From: a virus
Lineage: Duplodnaviria > Caudoviricetes
DNA: 41,868 nucleotides
Strand: one strand, 5' to 3'
Virus record (IMG/VR): IMGVR_UViG_3300045242_000062
Location: 1-41,868 of that record
A program made the translations under genes and the position numbers. The notes below the pieces were generated by a model. That model ran no database searches. It was not told where the DNA came from and worked only from the letters and a program-made list of their open reading frames with translations. Position 1 is the stretch's first letter. The number at the start of each line of letters is the position of its first letter. Below, in pieces: positions 26,663-35,710 of the stretch.

Positions 26663-27294
26663 GTCACGACGTGTGCGTTGCTGGGCGGCGCTGCCGTCGA
26701 GCCAGCGGCGTTGGTGGCCGTGACCACGCACGTCGCGCTCTTGCCGACATCACCGGCCTGCACTTCGTACGTCGCGGCATCGCTGCCCGCCGCCACGTCA
26801 TCGAGCTTCCACGCATAGGCGTAGGACGTTGGCTCGCCGCCCCACGTCCCCATCGTGCAGTTGAGCGTCGTGCCGGTCTGCGTCACGGCGGGAACCGTGG
26901 TGTTGGTCGGCGCTCCCGGCGTTGCCGCGCCACCAGGCGGCGTCTCGGGATCGGTGGCCTCGCCGCTCGGATCGTGCGGGTTCAACCCCATCTCAATGTA
27001 GCCGGCATCGCGTAGCAGGGTGTTCTCGGCGATCGTCGGATACACACCGACCGCACCGGCGCGTGCCGCACTATCGACCGGCAGCACCACCTGCGCACCG
27101 AGCGTGCCGGCGATATCCTCCGGCGTTGGCGGTGGAATGTCGGCCGCCTTGGCGCCAGCCAGCACCGAAGGCGAGACGGCGGGGAAACGCCGACCACCCG
27201 GCGGCGCTGGCGGCGGCGTAGACCTGGGCGGCGGCGGTGCGTGCTGTGCGTGCTCACGCCGACCGGCGTGGGTCTCGTGTTTGTCGCTTGCCAT
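26659..27294 (-). CDS. Capsid-associated protein with C-terminal Ig-like domain
   Basis: TLNCTMGTW...YAYAW...DVGKSATCVVTATNAAGS; AGGAG RBS. Confidence 0.7.
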   Translation of the reverse strand: MASDKHETHAGRREHAQHAPPPPRSTPPPAPPGGRRFPAVSPSVLAGAKAADIPPPTPEDIAGTLGAQVVLPVDSAARAGAVGVYPTIAENTLLRDAGYIEMGLNPHDPSGEATDPETPPGGAATPGAPTNTTVPAVTQTGTTLNCTMGTWGGEPTSYAYAWKLDDVAAGSDAATYEVQAGDVGKSATCVVTATNAAGSTAAPPSNAHVVT

Positions 27295-27304
27295 ATCGGG
27301 CTCC

Positions 27305-28414
27305 TTATGCGTCGGCCGGCGAGGACGACCAGATCACGAACGACCCGTTATCGACGGGTTTCGTCGTGTCCACGGTCGGATCGGTGCCGAAGCGAAGCTT
27401 CTGCACACCGCGGATTTCTTCCACGCCGACGCCCTGGAAGAAGCCATAATCACGAGTGTTGGTGATAACTTTCGTCCGCTGCGCCCACGCAATGCCAATG
27501 GCCTGCGCGCCGCAGAGATACGACGCCGCGGCATCGCTGCCAGCAGTGCCGACACCGGCGAGCACTGGCAACTCGGGGATTTCACGGATGATCATTCCGT
27601 CGTAGATGATGTCCCCAGCGGTAAACAGCGGATTGTCCGACCCACGGTTCCAGGCATATTGCAGAGCGTTGATGATGACGGGGTCCAACATCAGATCGCG
27701 GAAGCAGAGGGACGGCACAAACACCACGTACCATTCCTCGTCGTTGTTGATCCTGATCGGCCGGATCTTGGGCGTTGCGGTGCGCGCCATGCGCTTGGCG
27801 AGCGTGAGTTGCGCGGCGTTCATCTTGTCCGCCGTGGTATCCACGGTGAGCAGCGCCGTCGCATAGACGCCGGACACCGCGTTGCTCTTGGACGCGCCGA
27901 ACAGCACGCGATCGGCGTTGTTGACGAGCCAGGTATTGCGCTGCGCAGCCGATGCCGCCGCGTAGGACAGCGACACGTTGCCATCCGCAGTGATCGAGCC
28001 AAGTGCGGTGATGATGTCTGTGCGGAGCTTGTTCGCCGCCCAGTTCTTCAGCACCGAGCGGCCGGCCTGCAATAGGTCGATGACGGATTTCTGCTCGTCC
28101 CAGTCGGACACCGCCACCGCGTGGCGTAGCACGCTCACGGTGACGTTCAGGCTGCGGGCGTTAAGGATTTCCTCATTGCCCTCGAGCACCGTGTTGCCGG
28201 TAACGCCAGCGCCCACCAGGTTTCGGACGGTGGGGAACACGACGGTATCGCCGGGTTTGCGCGTGAGATCCGTCTGAAGCTGGATCATCGCGTCCATGCT
28301 CGTACCGAAGTACGGCGTGAACTGGTTTTCACGGAGATATTCGACCCAGAAGTCACTGCTCCATTGGATCGGTGTCAGGCCCGGTCTTGCCGGGGTAGCA
28401 ATCATGTCGGCCAC
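27305..28414 (-). CDS. Major capsid protein (DUF4043/N4-gp56-like)
   Basis: DLTRKPGDTVVF, GVTGNTVLEGNEE, NPLFTAG; follows the scaffold gene; very high GC3. Confidence 0.9.
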   Translation of the reverse strand: MADMIATPARPGLTPIQWSSDFWVEYLRENQFTPYFGTSMDAMIQLQTDLTRKPGDTVVFPTVRNLVGAGVTGNTVLEGNEEILNARSLNVTVSVLRHAVAVSDWDEQKSVIDLLQAGRSVLKNWAANKLRTDIITALGSITADGNVSLSYAAASAAQRNTWLVNNADRVLFGASKSNAVSGVYATALLTVDTTADKMNAAQLTLAKRMARTATPKIRPIRINNDEEWYVVFVPSLCFRDLMLDPVIINALQYAWNRGSDNPLFTAGDIIYDGMIIREIPELPVLAGVGTAGSDAAASYLCGAQAIGIAWAQRTKVITNTRDYGFFQGVGVEEIRGVQKLRFGTDPTVDTTKPVDNGSFVIWSSSPADA

Positions 28415-28457
28415 AGCCGAGCACTCCTATGCTGATCTTTCTCCTTTCGATTTGATC

Positions 28458-28552
28458 GCGCCCGTTAAATGCTCGGCGGCAGCCACTGCGCCCTTTTTCG
28501 GTAGGCGGCACCTGGGTCGGCACTTGCGCCCGGTAGAACCCCGGCGGCGGGT
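28458..28552 (-). ncRNA. Three tandem GCCGCC-N10/11-GGGCGC motifs (putative pseudoknots) in the capsid leader
   Basis: Copies at 28526-28552, 28488-28512 and 28458-28483 with covarying flanking stems. Confidence 0.55.
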
Positions 28553-28559
28553 AGGCACG

Positions 28560-29399
28560 TCAGAACCGGCGGAACTGCCCGTTCTGCGAACGACGATTCT
28601 GCACCGGCGCTAACACCTCTTCGAGGCTCGGCTCGCCGGTCCATGTACTTGCGGTGCGTCCAGCGACGCTGCGCGCGGTGGCGAGCGACGGCTGCATCCC
28701 TGCGGCGGGTGATACCAGGGGCGGCTGCGGCTTCGCTGCCTGTTCTTGCTCCCACTTCGCCCGCGCCTCGGCCTCGATGCGTGCGCGATACGCGGACGGG
28801 TCGTCACCCACCTCACGCAGATGCCGCAGCCGGTCCACCTCGCGCGTCATCCACGCATACGGGTTGGTCTGGCTGTAGAGCTTGCCGAACAGCGTCTGAT
28901 CGCGCTGGGCGAGCTGCTTGAACTCGTTCACGTACTCGTTGAGCTTCTCGTCGCCGATCTTCTCGCGTAGCCGTTCCTCGGAGTTGTTCAGCCGCTCGTT
29001 GAGCAGCACCTGCTGCAACCGCGCGGTGAAGCCGACGGGATCTTGCGCCGGGTCGATCGGCGCCAGCGGCGGCATCTGCTCGGGCTGCGGCTGACGCGCC
29101 TGCTCCTGCTGGGCTTTGTAGGCTGCGAGCTCACCCTCGAGGCGCGCCGCCTTTTCTTTCCAGTCCTGCCTCTTCCGCCGCTCGTCCTCGTAGGCACGGC
29201 GCGGGATGACCGGCTCGCCGTCGAGCGCTTGCGGCGGCTCTGCGTCGTCCTCAGGCGGCTTGGGCTCTGGCTGGCCCTTTGCCTCGGCCTTCGGCTCAGG
29301 CGCCTCCTGGCGTGGCTCTGGGGCCTCGCGCGGGGCGGGTTCCGGGGTTGCCGCCTGCGTCTCGGACGCAAGGAAGCTGTCGAGTGCTTCGTTAGCCAT
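28560..29399 (-). CDS. Scaffolding protein
   Basis: Acidic Pro-rich N-terminus, coiled coil (YEDERRKRQ), lies between portal and capsid genes. Confidence 0.85.
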   Translation of the reverse strand: MANEALDSFLASETQAATPEPAPREAPEPRQEAPEPKAEAKGQPEPKPPEDDAEPPQALDGEPVIPRRAYEDERRKRQDWKEKAARLEGELAAYKAQQEQARQPQPEQMPPLAPIDPAQDPVGFTARLQQVLLNERLNNSEERLREKIGDEKLNEYVNEFKQLAQRDQTLFGKLYSQTNPYAWMTREVDRLRHLREVGDDPSAYRARIEAEARAKWEQEQAAKPQPPLVSPAAGMQPSLATARSVAGRTASTWTGEPSLEEVLAPVQNRRSQNGQFRRF

Positions 29400-29414
29400 A
29401 GTCGTGTCCTTGGA

Positions 29415-31607
29415 TTAGGCCGGCTGTCCCGGCCGTGGGATCGGCGTCTGTGCGAGCCGATTGGTCGTCACCATCGTCTGGTGCGTGTTGGCGATCTCGC
29501 CCACGGTCTGGTGCGGGATCTGCGCCGCCTTCGCCGCGGTCAACGCCGCCTGCGCCTGCGTGTTGCGGATGTCAGCGGCCTTCTTGTGCAAATCCACCAG
29601 GTGGTGCGCGAGCGCCATCTCCGACGTCATCTGCTCGGGATCGGACGGCTGCATGCCCTGCACGCCCGGCGGGTTGTCCGGCGCCACATTCGGCTGGCCA
29701 TAGGGCGGCGCACTGAAGTCGGCATGAATGCCGTGCACCTTGGCCGCCGCGTTGACCTTGCGCTCCTGCGCCAACGCGAAGTCGGAGGCGGCCTTAGCTT
29801 GTTTGCTTTGGATGTCAGCTTGTGCATGTTGCTGCGCAAGCTGGCCCGCTTGCTGCTGTACCTGCCCTTGCTGCTGCTGATGAGCCTGCATCCGCTGGAG
29901 CAGTTGTTCTTTGTCTTGCAGCCCAGAGGCAGCGATCAGAACATCCCCAGGAATAAGCCCAGGTTGCATACCAGCTAGTTGCACTAGTGTCGCAAATTGT
30001 TCTTGCTGGAGACTCGGGATGTCGATCCCTTCCTCGATCGTTATGTCCACATCGAGGTCGGTAATGTCGTTCTCTATCCCCACCACCTGCTGCAACCGAG
30101 GATCGTCGGGCTGCAACTGCATGCGCTGCATCATCTGCATCCGCATCTGCTCAGGCATCGCCGCGAGGCGGTCCATCACCCGGATCGGGCGGTTGATGCC
30201 CACCCACGTCGTGCCGTTGAGCTCGTCGGTGAGCCTCACCCACTTGCCGCCGGACCAGTATTCGCGCGCGGCCATCCAGCAGCTTTCGTAGACCCGGCGT
30301 GACCAGTAGCGCAGCGCGTCGGCCAACGGCTCGTTCTGCGCCGCACCGCCCGCCTGCTGGGCCAGGATCGCCCGCCCGCTGAGTTCGCGCGGATCGGTGC
30401 CCGACATCGCCGCGTTCGGCCCCGATAGCTGCATTTCCGCTGTCGCGTGTTGCAGCAACTGGAACTGCCCGGACGCCAGATCCGCGCTCTGCTCGATCTC
30501 GAACTTGAACCCCGGCATCACCTCGATGTAACCGTCCGGCTTGGCCACCTCGCGGCGGGCCTTGTCCACGTCCTGCACCGCGCCCTGCTCGGCCACCACC
30601 TGGCGCACCGACAGCAGGTGCAGCGCCTTGGAGCGCCGCTTGTTGATCTCGTCCTGCAACGAAATGAGCCCACGCACCATGCCGTAGCGCTGGTTCTCGC
30701 GGTTGATATACGCCGACTGCAACAGCAGGCTGCACGCGCTCTTACCCTTACGATCCTTGAACCGACTGCGCTGCGGATTGGCGAGAATGCCGTTCTTCGT
30801 GATCGTCGCCTGCCACCACGTACCGCGCTCGTCCCAATGGCACTGCACGACACGCACGCGGCGCCGCCGGTTGTCGGTCCAGAACGCGGTTTCCGGCCTG
30901 TCGTTATAGTAGAAATCCGTGGACGAGAACGACGCCTCGATCACGTCGTCGCCCTCGGGATACAGGCCCTCGAGTTGGTCGCGGTCCATCCAAATGACCA
31001 AGCCCTTGTATCGGCAGTCGCTGAAATCCATCGAGCGGGAATGCGGATCGTAGAAAATGCGATCCCACGGAACGTGCGTGATCGTGATGTTCGCACCGCC
31101 CTGTCCGTCGTCCTCGAGGCCGAGTTCCGCGCCGCCCGCGCCCTCGATCAGCATGTTCTCGAACACGGCGCTGCGGACCAGCGAGAACTCGTTGTCGTCG
31201 CTGATGAACCGCAGCGCCTGCGTGGCGGCCAGGGCGCGGTCGTCCTCGGCCGGCGTGCGCGCAAACGCCTTGGGATCGGTGCGTGCCTTGCGCTCCATGC
31301 CGCAGAGCAGCGAGACCTTGTCGTGGATCTTGTTGATGACGATGGCGGGCTGGCCGCGCTTCTTCAGTTCGTCCAGTTCGTCCTTGGTCCACTGGACGTG
31401 GTCGAAATACTCGCGGTCGCGCTGTGCCAGGTTGATCTCGTCCTGGCGCGCGAGTTCGGACTCCTCGAACCAGCGCACCAGCCGGCCGTGCAGATCGTCG
31501 AGATCGCGCGGATACTCGTCGGCGCCGCTGGTGAGGTCAGCGACGGCCGGCGGCGTGGACGGGCCACGCGGCTCGTGGATGTGGACGTGTAGCGCGGTGT
31601 CGCTCAT
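29415..31607 (-). CDS. Portal protein (P22-like)
   Basis: DREYFDHVQWT...RGQPAIVINKI, YDPHSRSMDFSDCRY, QDEINKRRSK, SGRAILAQQ, Gln-rich barrel tail. Confidence 0.92.
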   Translation of the reverse strand: MSDTALHVHIHEPRGPSTPPAVADLTSGADEYPRDLDDLHGRLVRWFEESELARQDEINLAQRDREYFDHVQWTKDELDELKKRGQPAIVINKIHDKVSLLCGMERKARTDPKAFARTPAEDDRALAATQALRFISDDNEFSLVRSAVFENMLIEGAGGAELGLEDDGQGGANITITHVPWDRIFYDPHSRSMDFSDCRYKGLVIWMDRDQLEGLYPEGDDVIEASFSSTDFYYNDRPETAFWTDNRRRRVRVVQCHWDERGTWWQATITKNGILANPQRSRFKDRKGKSACSLLLQSAYINRENQRYGMVRGLISLQDEINKRRSKALHLLSVRQVVAEQGAVQDVDKARREVAKPDGYIEVMPGFKFEIEQSADLASGQFQLLQHATAEMQLSGPNAAMSGTDPRELSGRAILAQQAGGAAQNEPLADALRYWSRRVYESCWMAAREYWSGGKWVRLTDELNGTTWVGINRPIRVMDRLAAMPEQMRMQMMQRMQLQPDDPRLQQVVGIENDITDLDVDITIEEGIDIPSLQQEQFATLVQLAGMQPGLIPGDVLIAASGLQDKEQLLQRMQAHQQQQGQVQQQAGQLAQQHAQADIQSKQAKAASDFALAQERKVNAAAKVHGIHADFSAPPYGQPNVAPDNPPGVQGMQPSDPEQMTSEMALAHHLVDLHKKAADIRNTQAQAALTAAKAAQIPHQTVGEIANTHQTMVTTNRLAQTPIPRPGQPA

Positions 31608-32326
31608 TGCTGCGGTTGCTGGGTTGCTGCCGCACCGGCGCCGCCTGCCATCAGGCCGGCAATGCCGTATTTGCGCAGGATTTCGATGGTGGCGTCGTTG
31701 AACACCACATGCGTCCTGTCAGGGAGAGTGATGCCAGGAACGCCGGCCGCCCGCAGCTTTTCCATAGCGCCAGGATCATTCAGCGCCGCCTGATCCTTCG
31801 CGCTGAGGCTGCCGTAGTCGAGGAAGCTAGCCGGATCGGCCTTGATGTTGACCTCGTACATATGACCGGCTGTGGGATCGGCTTTTGAGCGCCCGGCATA
31901 ATCCTGTGCCAATCGCTCATCCTGCGCGAAGTAGTGGCCGGCCTCGTCAGGATGCAAGAAACGCGCATCGAACCGCTCGAAATCTGCCGGGCTGCCGTGG
32001 TACGCGGTGAAGCCCTTGCCACCCGGTGCGTCGCCCACCATGCCGAGCACCATCGCCGGCGCCTCCTGCATGCCACGCGCCACCTCGGCCCGTGCACGAT
32101 CCATGTCCGTGCCAAGGATCGGCTGGCCACTCGATGTCATCGCCTCGATCGGGTTGAACGGGCCTGACGGCACGCCCACGGACTGCGACGCATAGGGCGA
32201 GGTCGTCTCCGTCCCCACCGGGTTGCGCATAACCTGCTGCGCCAGCGGGCCGAGCTGATTGGCCGGCGCGCTGTAGTCCTGCGGCAGCACCGTGGGATCG
32301 AACAAGCGACTGAGCCAGCCGGACAT
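31604..32326 (-). CDS. Protein with ADP-ribosyltransferase-like (ART-PolyVal type) domain
   Basis: AYHGSPADFERFD...GHYFAQDERLAQDYA...GHMYEVNI...HVVFND. Confidence 0.6.
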   Translation of the reverse strand: MSGWLSRLFDPTVLPQDYSAPANQLGPLAQQVMRNPVGTETTSPYASQSVGVPSGPFNPIEAMTSSGQPILGTDMDRARAEVARGMQEAPAMVLGMVGDAPGGKGFTAYHGSPADFERFDARFLHPDEAGHYFAQDERLAQDYAGRSKADPTAGHMYEVNIKADPASFLDYGSLSAKDQAALNDPGAMEKLRAAGVPGITLPDRTHVVFNDATIEILRKYGIAGLMAGGAGAAATQQPQQ

Positions 32327-32336
32327 TGACGATCAG

Positions 32337-32573
32337 CTATTCGGACGGCCACGCGGGTGCATTCTGAAACACCACCTGTAAGCTCTGCGGCGCGGCTGCC
32401 TTGACCGCGGCGTCCATCGCGTCGCGGAACCAGCTTGCCACAAACGCCTGGCGGTCGGCGTCGGTGCGGACAGCATCAGCGCTCGCGTAGGCGCCGAGAA
32501 ACGCGGCGGCCCACTTGTCGGGATCGTGGCCTACGAGGCGGCTGAACCGCGCGCCGGAGAGGGTTTCGGTCAA
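32337..32573 (-). CDS. Hypothetical protein
   Basis: GGAGG RBS; TTGA overlap with the terminase stop. Confidence 0.65.
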   Translation of the reverse strand: MTETLSGARFSRLVGHDPDKWAAAFLGAYASADAVRTDADRQAFVASWFRDAMDAAVKAAAPQSLQVVFQNAPAWPSE

Positions 32574-33898
32574 GCGATCCTCCAGTTTGCGACATCGGAC
32601 TGCCGGGCACGCTGGAACGCATGGTCCCAGCTATCGACGGGCGGTGGCTGCTTCTCGTCCGGCTGCCGGGCGCCAGCATGCACACCGAGTGAGAGATAGC
32701 GCATCGAGTCCGCACCATGGCTCGCATGGTCGTGCACCGGCTGTGCCCGCCAAGTTTGCGCCGCCTCGTTCCACTCACGCCGATAATGCCGCAGCGCCCG
32801 AATCCCCAGCGCACATCGCTCTGCATCGAACCAACACAGCGGCAAAATCATGCGCACCGCGTTGATGCCATCCGCCACAGACGCCGCATGCAGCACCCGC
32901 GATGGCATGACGCCCATGCCGTGCAGCGTCTCACGCCGGCTGCGCCCCGAGCCGAGGTCACGCACTTCGGCATCGTGCGGCAGAATGTGCATGTGGTAGC
33001 GATAGCCTCGCTCACGCAGCATGTGGACGTAGTGGTCGAGCGCGGCGCCGCTATCCTCGATGTAGTCGATCAACCGCCACTCGCCAGAGCCGGTGATCTG
33101 CAGGCACCAGATCGCAGTGCTGTCGTCTATGCCGAGATCCCAGGATGTCCACACCGGCATCCGTGGATCATATGGCACCGAACCAATGCGCCCTTCGGTC
33201 TCAGCGATGTTCATCAGCTTGCCGTAATAGGAGCCGCTGTTCGGCGCCTCGAATGAACATTGCAGCTCTTGAGCAAATTCCTCCTCGGTCATCTCGCGAC
33301 GTAGCGTTTCGATCGCCTCGTCGGGCAGCGCGTGCGTCTTGGTGTGATCAAGGAGATACGAGGAATAACCTGGCGTCGTCTTGGCGCGGTCATATGCCGC
33401 CTGCAGAATGCCGCGGCCCTTTGGCGTACCTGATCGCACGAGCGTGCCGCCGCGATCGGCAAGCATCGGCTCAATGACCAGCGCAACCAACTGCGGTGGC
33501 ATATCATCAAACTCGTCGGCGATCACCTCGTCCGCATATCCACCGCGCCAAGCATCGGGATTGTCTGCGCCGCCGCATTGATACACGGCGCCGTTGGGAA
33601 ACTTCACGACCAGTTCGCTGCGCATTGCCTCAGCGCCAGGAATGGCATCGGCTGCGCGTGCCACCTGGTCCCAGAGGCCGGTGCGTTTCCACATGACGTT
33701 GTAGGGCAGCAGATGAACGATGCGCGGCAGCGGTTTCTTCTCGGTCAATGCACGCTTGAAGCCGCGCCACATCAACCCGGTGGATTTACCCGCACGACGA
33801 TGCACGACAGCGACGATACGCCGCGCATTGTCTGCGATCAGTGGGCGTTGCCACTCACGCGGGGCGAACGGCAGGGTGATTTGCCGCCGGGTTGGCAT
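32570..33898 (-). CDS. terL: Terminase large subunit
   Basis: VHRRAGKS (Walker A), VIADEFDD (Walker B), SGTPKG, SWDLGIDDSTAIW, HDHASHGADSMRY. Confidence 0.95.
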   Translation of the reverse strand: MPTRRQITLPFAPREWQRPLIADNARRIVAVVHRRAGKSTGLMWRGFKRALTEKKPLPRIVHLLPYNVMWKRTGLWDQVARAADAIPGAEAMRSELVVKFPNGAVYQCGGADNPDAWRGGYADEVIADEFDDMPPQLVALVIEPMLADRGGTLVRSGTPKGRGILQAAYDRAKTTPGYSSYLLDHTKTHALPDEAIETLRREMTEEEFAQELQCSFEAPNSGSYYGKLMNIAETEGRIGSVPYDPRMPVWTSWDLGIDDSTAIWCLQITGSGEWRLIDYIEDSGAALDHYVHMLRERGYRYHMHILPHDAEVRDLGSGRSRRETLHGMGVMPSRVLHAASVADGINAVRMILPLCWFDAERCALGIRALRHYRREWNEAAQTWRAQPVHDHASHGADSMRYLSLGVHAGARQPDEKQPPPVDSWDHAFQRARQSDVANWRIA

Positions 33899-35406
33899 CA
33901 ATCGGCTGCCAGGTCGGCGAACAGATCGGCCATGCGGGCGTCCTCTGGGTCATCCGCCGGCGGGAACGCAGTGAACAGCGGCGCGTCAGCCTGGCAGCGC
34001 TGCATGGCCATCTCGGTGTAGCCGGGGTTCAACTCGATGCCGATGGCGTCGCGTTGCAGCCGGTCGGCAACGAGCAGCGTCGTGCCGGCACCGGCGAACG
34101 GGTCGAGGACGGTATCGCCGAGGCGCGTGCCAGCCTTGATGCACCGCTCGGCCAGGGCGGGCGGGAACGTCGCGAAGTGCGCCTCGCTGAACGGCGCGGT
34201 GGCGATCGTCCAGACGTTGCGCATGTTGCGGTTCCCACCAAAATCCCGCATGCCGACCGGCACCGTGCGGCGGTCGTTAACTGCATCACCGCCAGAAGTG
34301 CCGCTGAATGCGTATCCATAGCGAGACGCGGAACCAACAGGATCAGCGCTTGGCTCCCTTACCGCATCCGCGTCGTAGAAATATTTAGCCGCCTTCGTCA
34401 GCAGGAACACGTGCTCATGCGCCGACGTGGGGCGGTCGGTTACGCTCTCGGGCATCGGGTTGGGCTTGTGCCAGATGATGTCGCTGCGGAGCCACCAGCC
34501 ATCGGCCTGCAACGCCAGGGCGAGGCGGGCGGGCATCATCAGCAGGTCTTTGGGTTTGGGTTCGTGGCTGAACTTGGGTATATTCAGCCATGAGCTACGA
34601 ACGCACTCCCGAGCATCGCGCGAAGATGAGCGCAGCACTGAAAGGCAAGCCCCACAGTTGGCACAGTGCGAGCACGACGCCGAAGGTGGCCAAGAAGATA
34701 CAGGACTGGTGGACGCCTGAGCGACGAGAGGCGCGACGCCTTGAGTCGATGGCCCGTCATCCAGACGCGCGCTATCACGGCCTGTCGTCCAAGCGTGCGG
34801 CAGCGATTGTGAAGGCAGCAGGGAAATGCTCCCAGTGTGGATCAACAAAGCGTCTCGGCATCCATCACAAAGATCGCGACAAGCATAATCAGGCGCCAGA
34901 GAACCACGAGGTGCTGTGTCACCGCTGTCACATGCAAGAACACGCACGGGCAAAGGAGACTGGGTGGGACATTTACCACCGGAAGCGTAAGAGTCTCCGA
35001 TGTTAACAAAGCAGGTGCCGTCGTCACGCAGCACGCGGCGCACGTCGCGGAACACCGCGACCATCGCCGTGAGGTAGTCGCAGGGCGTGGCCTCTAGGCC
35101 TATCTGGCTGTCGATGCGCCTGGCGCCGCACTTGCCGCAGGTGTCGCGGAACTGGATCGCTGGAACGGCACTTCCTGCACCAGTACCCGTGCCGTACATA
35201 GCCGCACGTTCAGCCAACCTATTAGCAGTCACGTCGTTACGCGCCATGCCCTTGACGTGATCGCACGCAACATCCCCGCCATCCCACTGCGCAGTGCCGT
35301 AGTCGCGCAGCCCGTAATACGGCGGCGAGGTCACGACGCATTGCACCGATGCTTCCGGCAGCGTGGCCAGCACGTCGCGGCAGTCACCGGCGAGCAGACG
35401 GATCAT
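33898..35406 (-). CDS. DNA N4-cytosine/N6-adenine methyltransferase (beta class) with a large in-frame insertion
   Basis: VTSPPYY, IIWHKPNPMPES, HFATFPPAL, VLDPFAGAGTT, GIELN. Confidence 0.92.
   Translation of the reverse strand: MIRLLAGDCRDVLATLPEASVQCVVTSPPYYGLRDYGTAQWDGGDVACDHVKGMARNDVTANRLAERAAMYGTGTGAGSAVPAIQFRDTCGKCGARRIDSQIGLEATPCDYLTAMVAVFRDVRRVLRDDGTCFVNIGDSYASGGKCPTQSPLPVRVLACDSGDTAPRGSLAPDYACRDLCDGCRDALLIHTGSISLLPSQSLPHAWTTGRDSARLDDGPSTQGVAPLVAQASTSPVSSWPPSASCSHCANCGACLSVLRSSSRDARECVRSSWLNIPKFSHEPKPKDLLMMPARLALALQADGWWLRSDIIWHKPNPMPESVTDRPTSAHEHVFLLTKAAKYFYDADAVREPSADPVGSASRYGYAFSGTSGGDAVNDRRTVPVGMRDFGGNRNMRNVWTIATAPFSEAHFATFPPALAERCIKAGTRLGDTVLDPFAGAGTTLLVADRLQRDAIGIELNPGYTEMAMQRCQADAPLFTAFPPADDPEDARMADLFADLAAD
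34590..35006 (+). CDS. NUMOD3-HNH homing endonuclease nested antisense in the methyltransferase
   Basis: TPEHRAKMSAALKG (NUMOD3); CSQCG...IHHKDRDKHNQAPENHEVLCHRCHMQEH (HNH). Confidence 0.85.
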   Translation: MSYERTPEHRAKMSAALKGKPHSWHSASTTPKVAKKIQDWWTPERREARRLESMARHPDARYHGLSSKRAAAIVKAAGKCSQCGSTKRLGIHHKDRDKHNQAPENHEVLCHRCHMQEHARAKETGWDIYHRKRKSLRC

Positions 35407-35477
35407 GCTGGGATCATCTCCATACGGTCGTTTGCGGATACATCACGACATTGCACGATGTTAGCGCCAGAAAATAA

Positions 35478-35533
35478 CTGCATCGCAACGCCATTTTGTC
35501 CTTGCAATTCTGCATCCGCAACGCTATTTTGTC
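35478..35533 (+). promoter_or_regulatory. Promoter TTGCAA-N17-TATTTT with a duplicated 23/24-bp operator-like repeat
   Basis: CTGCATCGCAACGCCATTTTGTC (35478-35500) and CTGCATCCGCAACGCTATTTTGTC (35510-35533); -35 at 35502, -10 at 35525. Confidence 0.7.
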
Positions 35534-35557
35534 GTTATCGAAACCGGAGACGGACAG

Positions 35558-35707
35558 ATGACCTACTACCTCAAAGCCGCTGCGATCATTGCCCGCCACC
35601 CGCTGAACGTGGCGCGCCATCCGAAGGCTGGATACATCATCCGCACCATCATCCGCCGCGAGTTCCGCCTGCACTGGCTGCGTGACGTAGCGAAGGGGCA
35701 CAACTGA
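35558..35707 (+). CDS. 49-aa basic hypothetical protein
   Basis: GGAGA RBS; MTYYLKAAAIIARHPLNVARHPKAGYIIRTIIRREFRLHWLRDVAKGHN (hand-translated). Confidence 0.65.
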   Translation: MTYYLKAAAIIARHPLNVARHPKAGYIIRTIIRREFRLHWLRDVAKGHN

Positions 35708-35710
35708 GCC

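Noticed and set aside
27020-31592. Long plus-strand ORFs opposite capsid, scaffold and portal genes
   Set aside because: Typical antisense shadows of high-GC3 genes with no motifs, unlike the nested HNH at 34590-35006
34590-35006. Intein or group I intron in the methyltransferase
   Set aside because: The endonuclease is on the opposite strand, and no intein splice residues or intron core could be recognised
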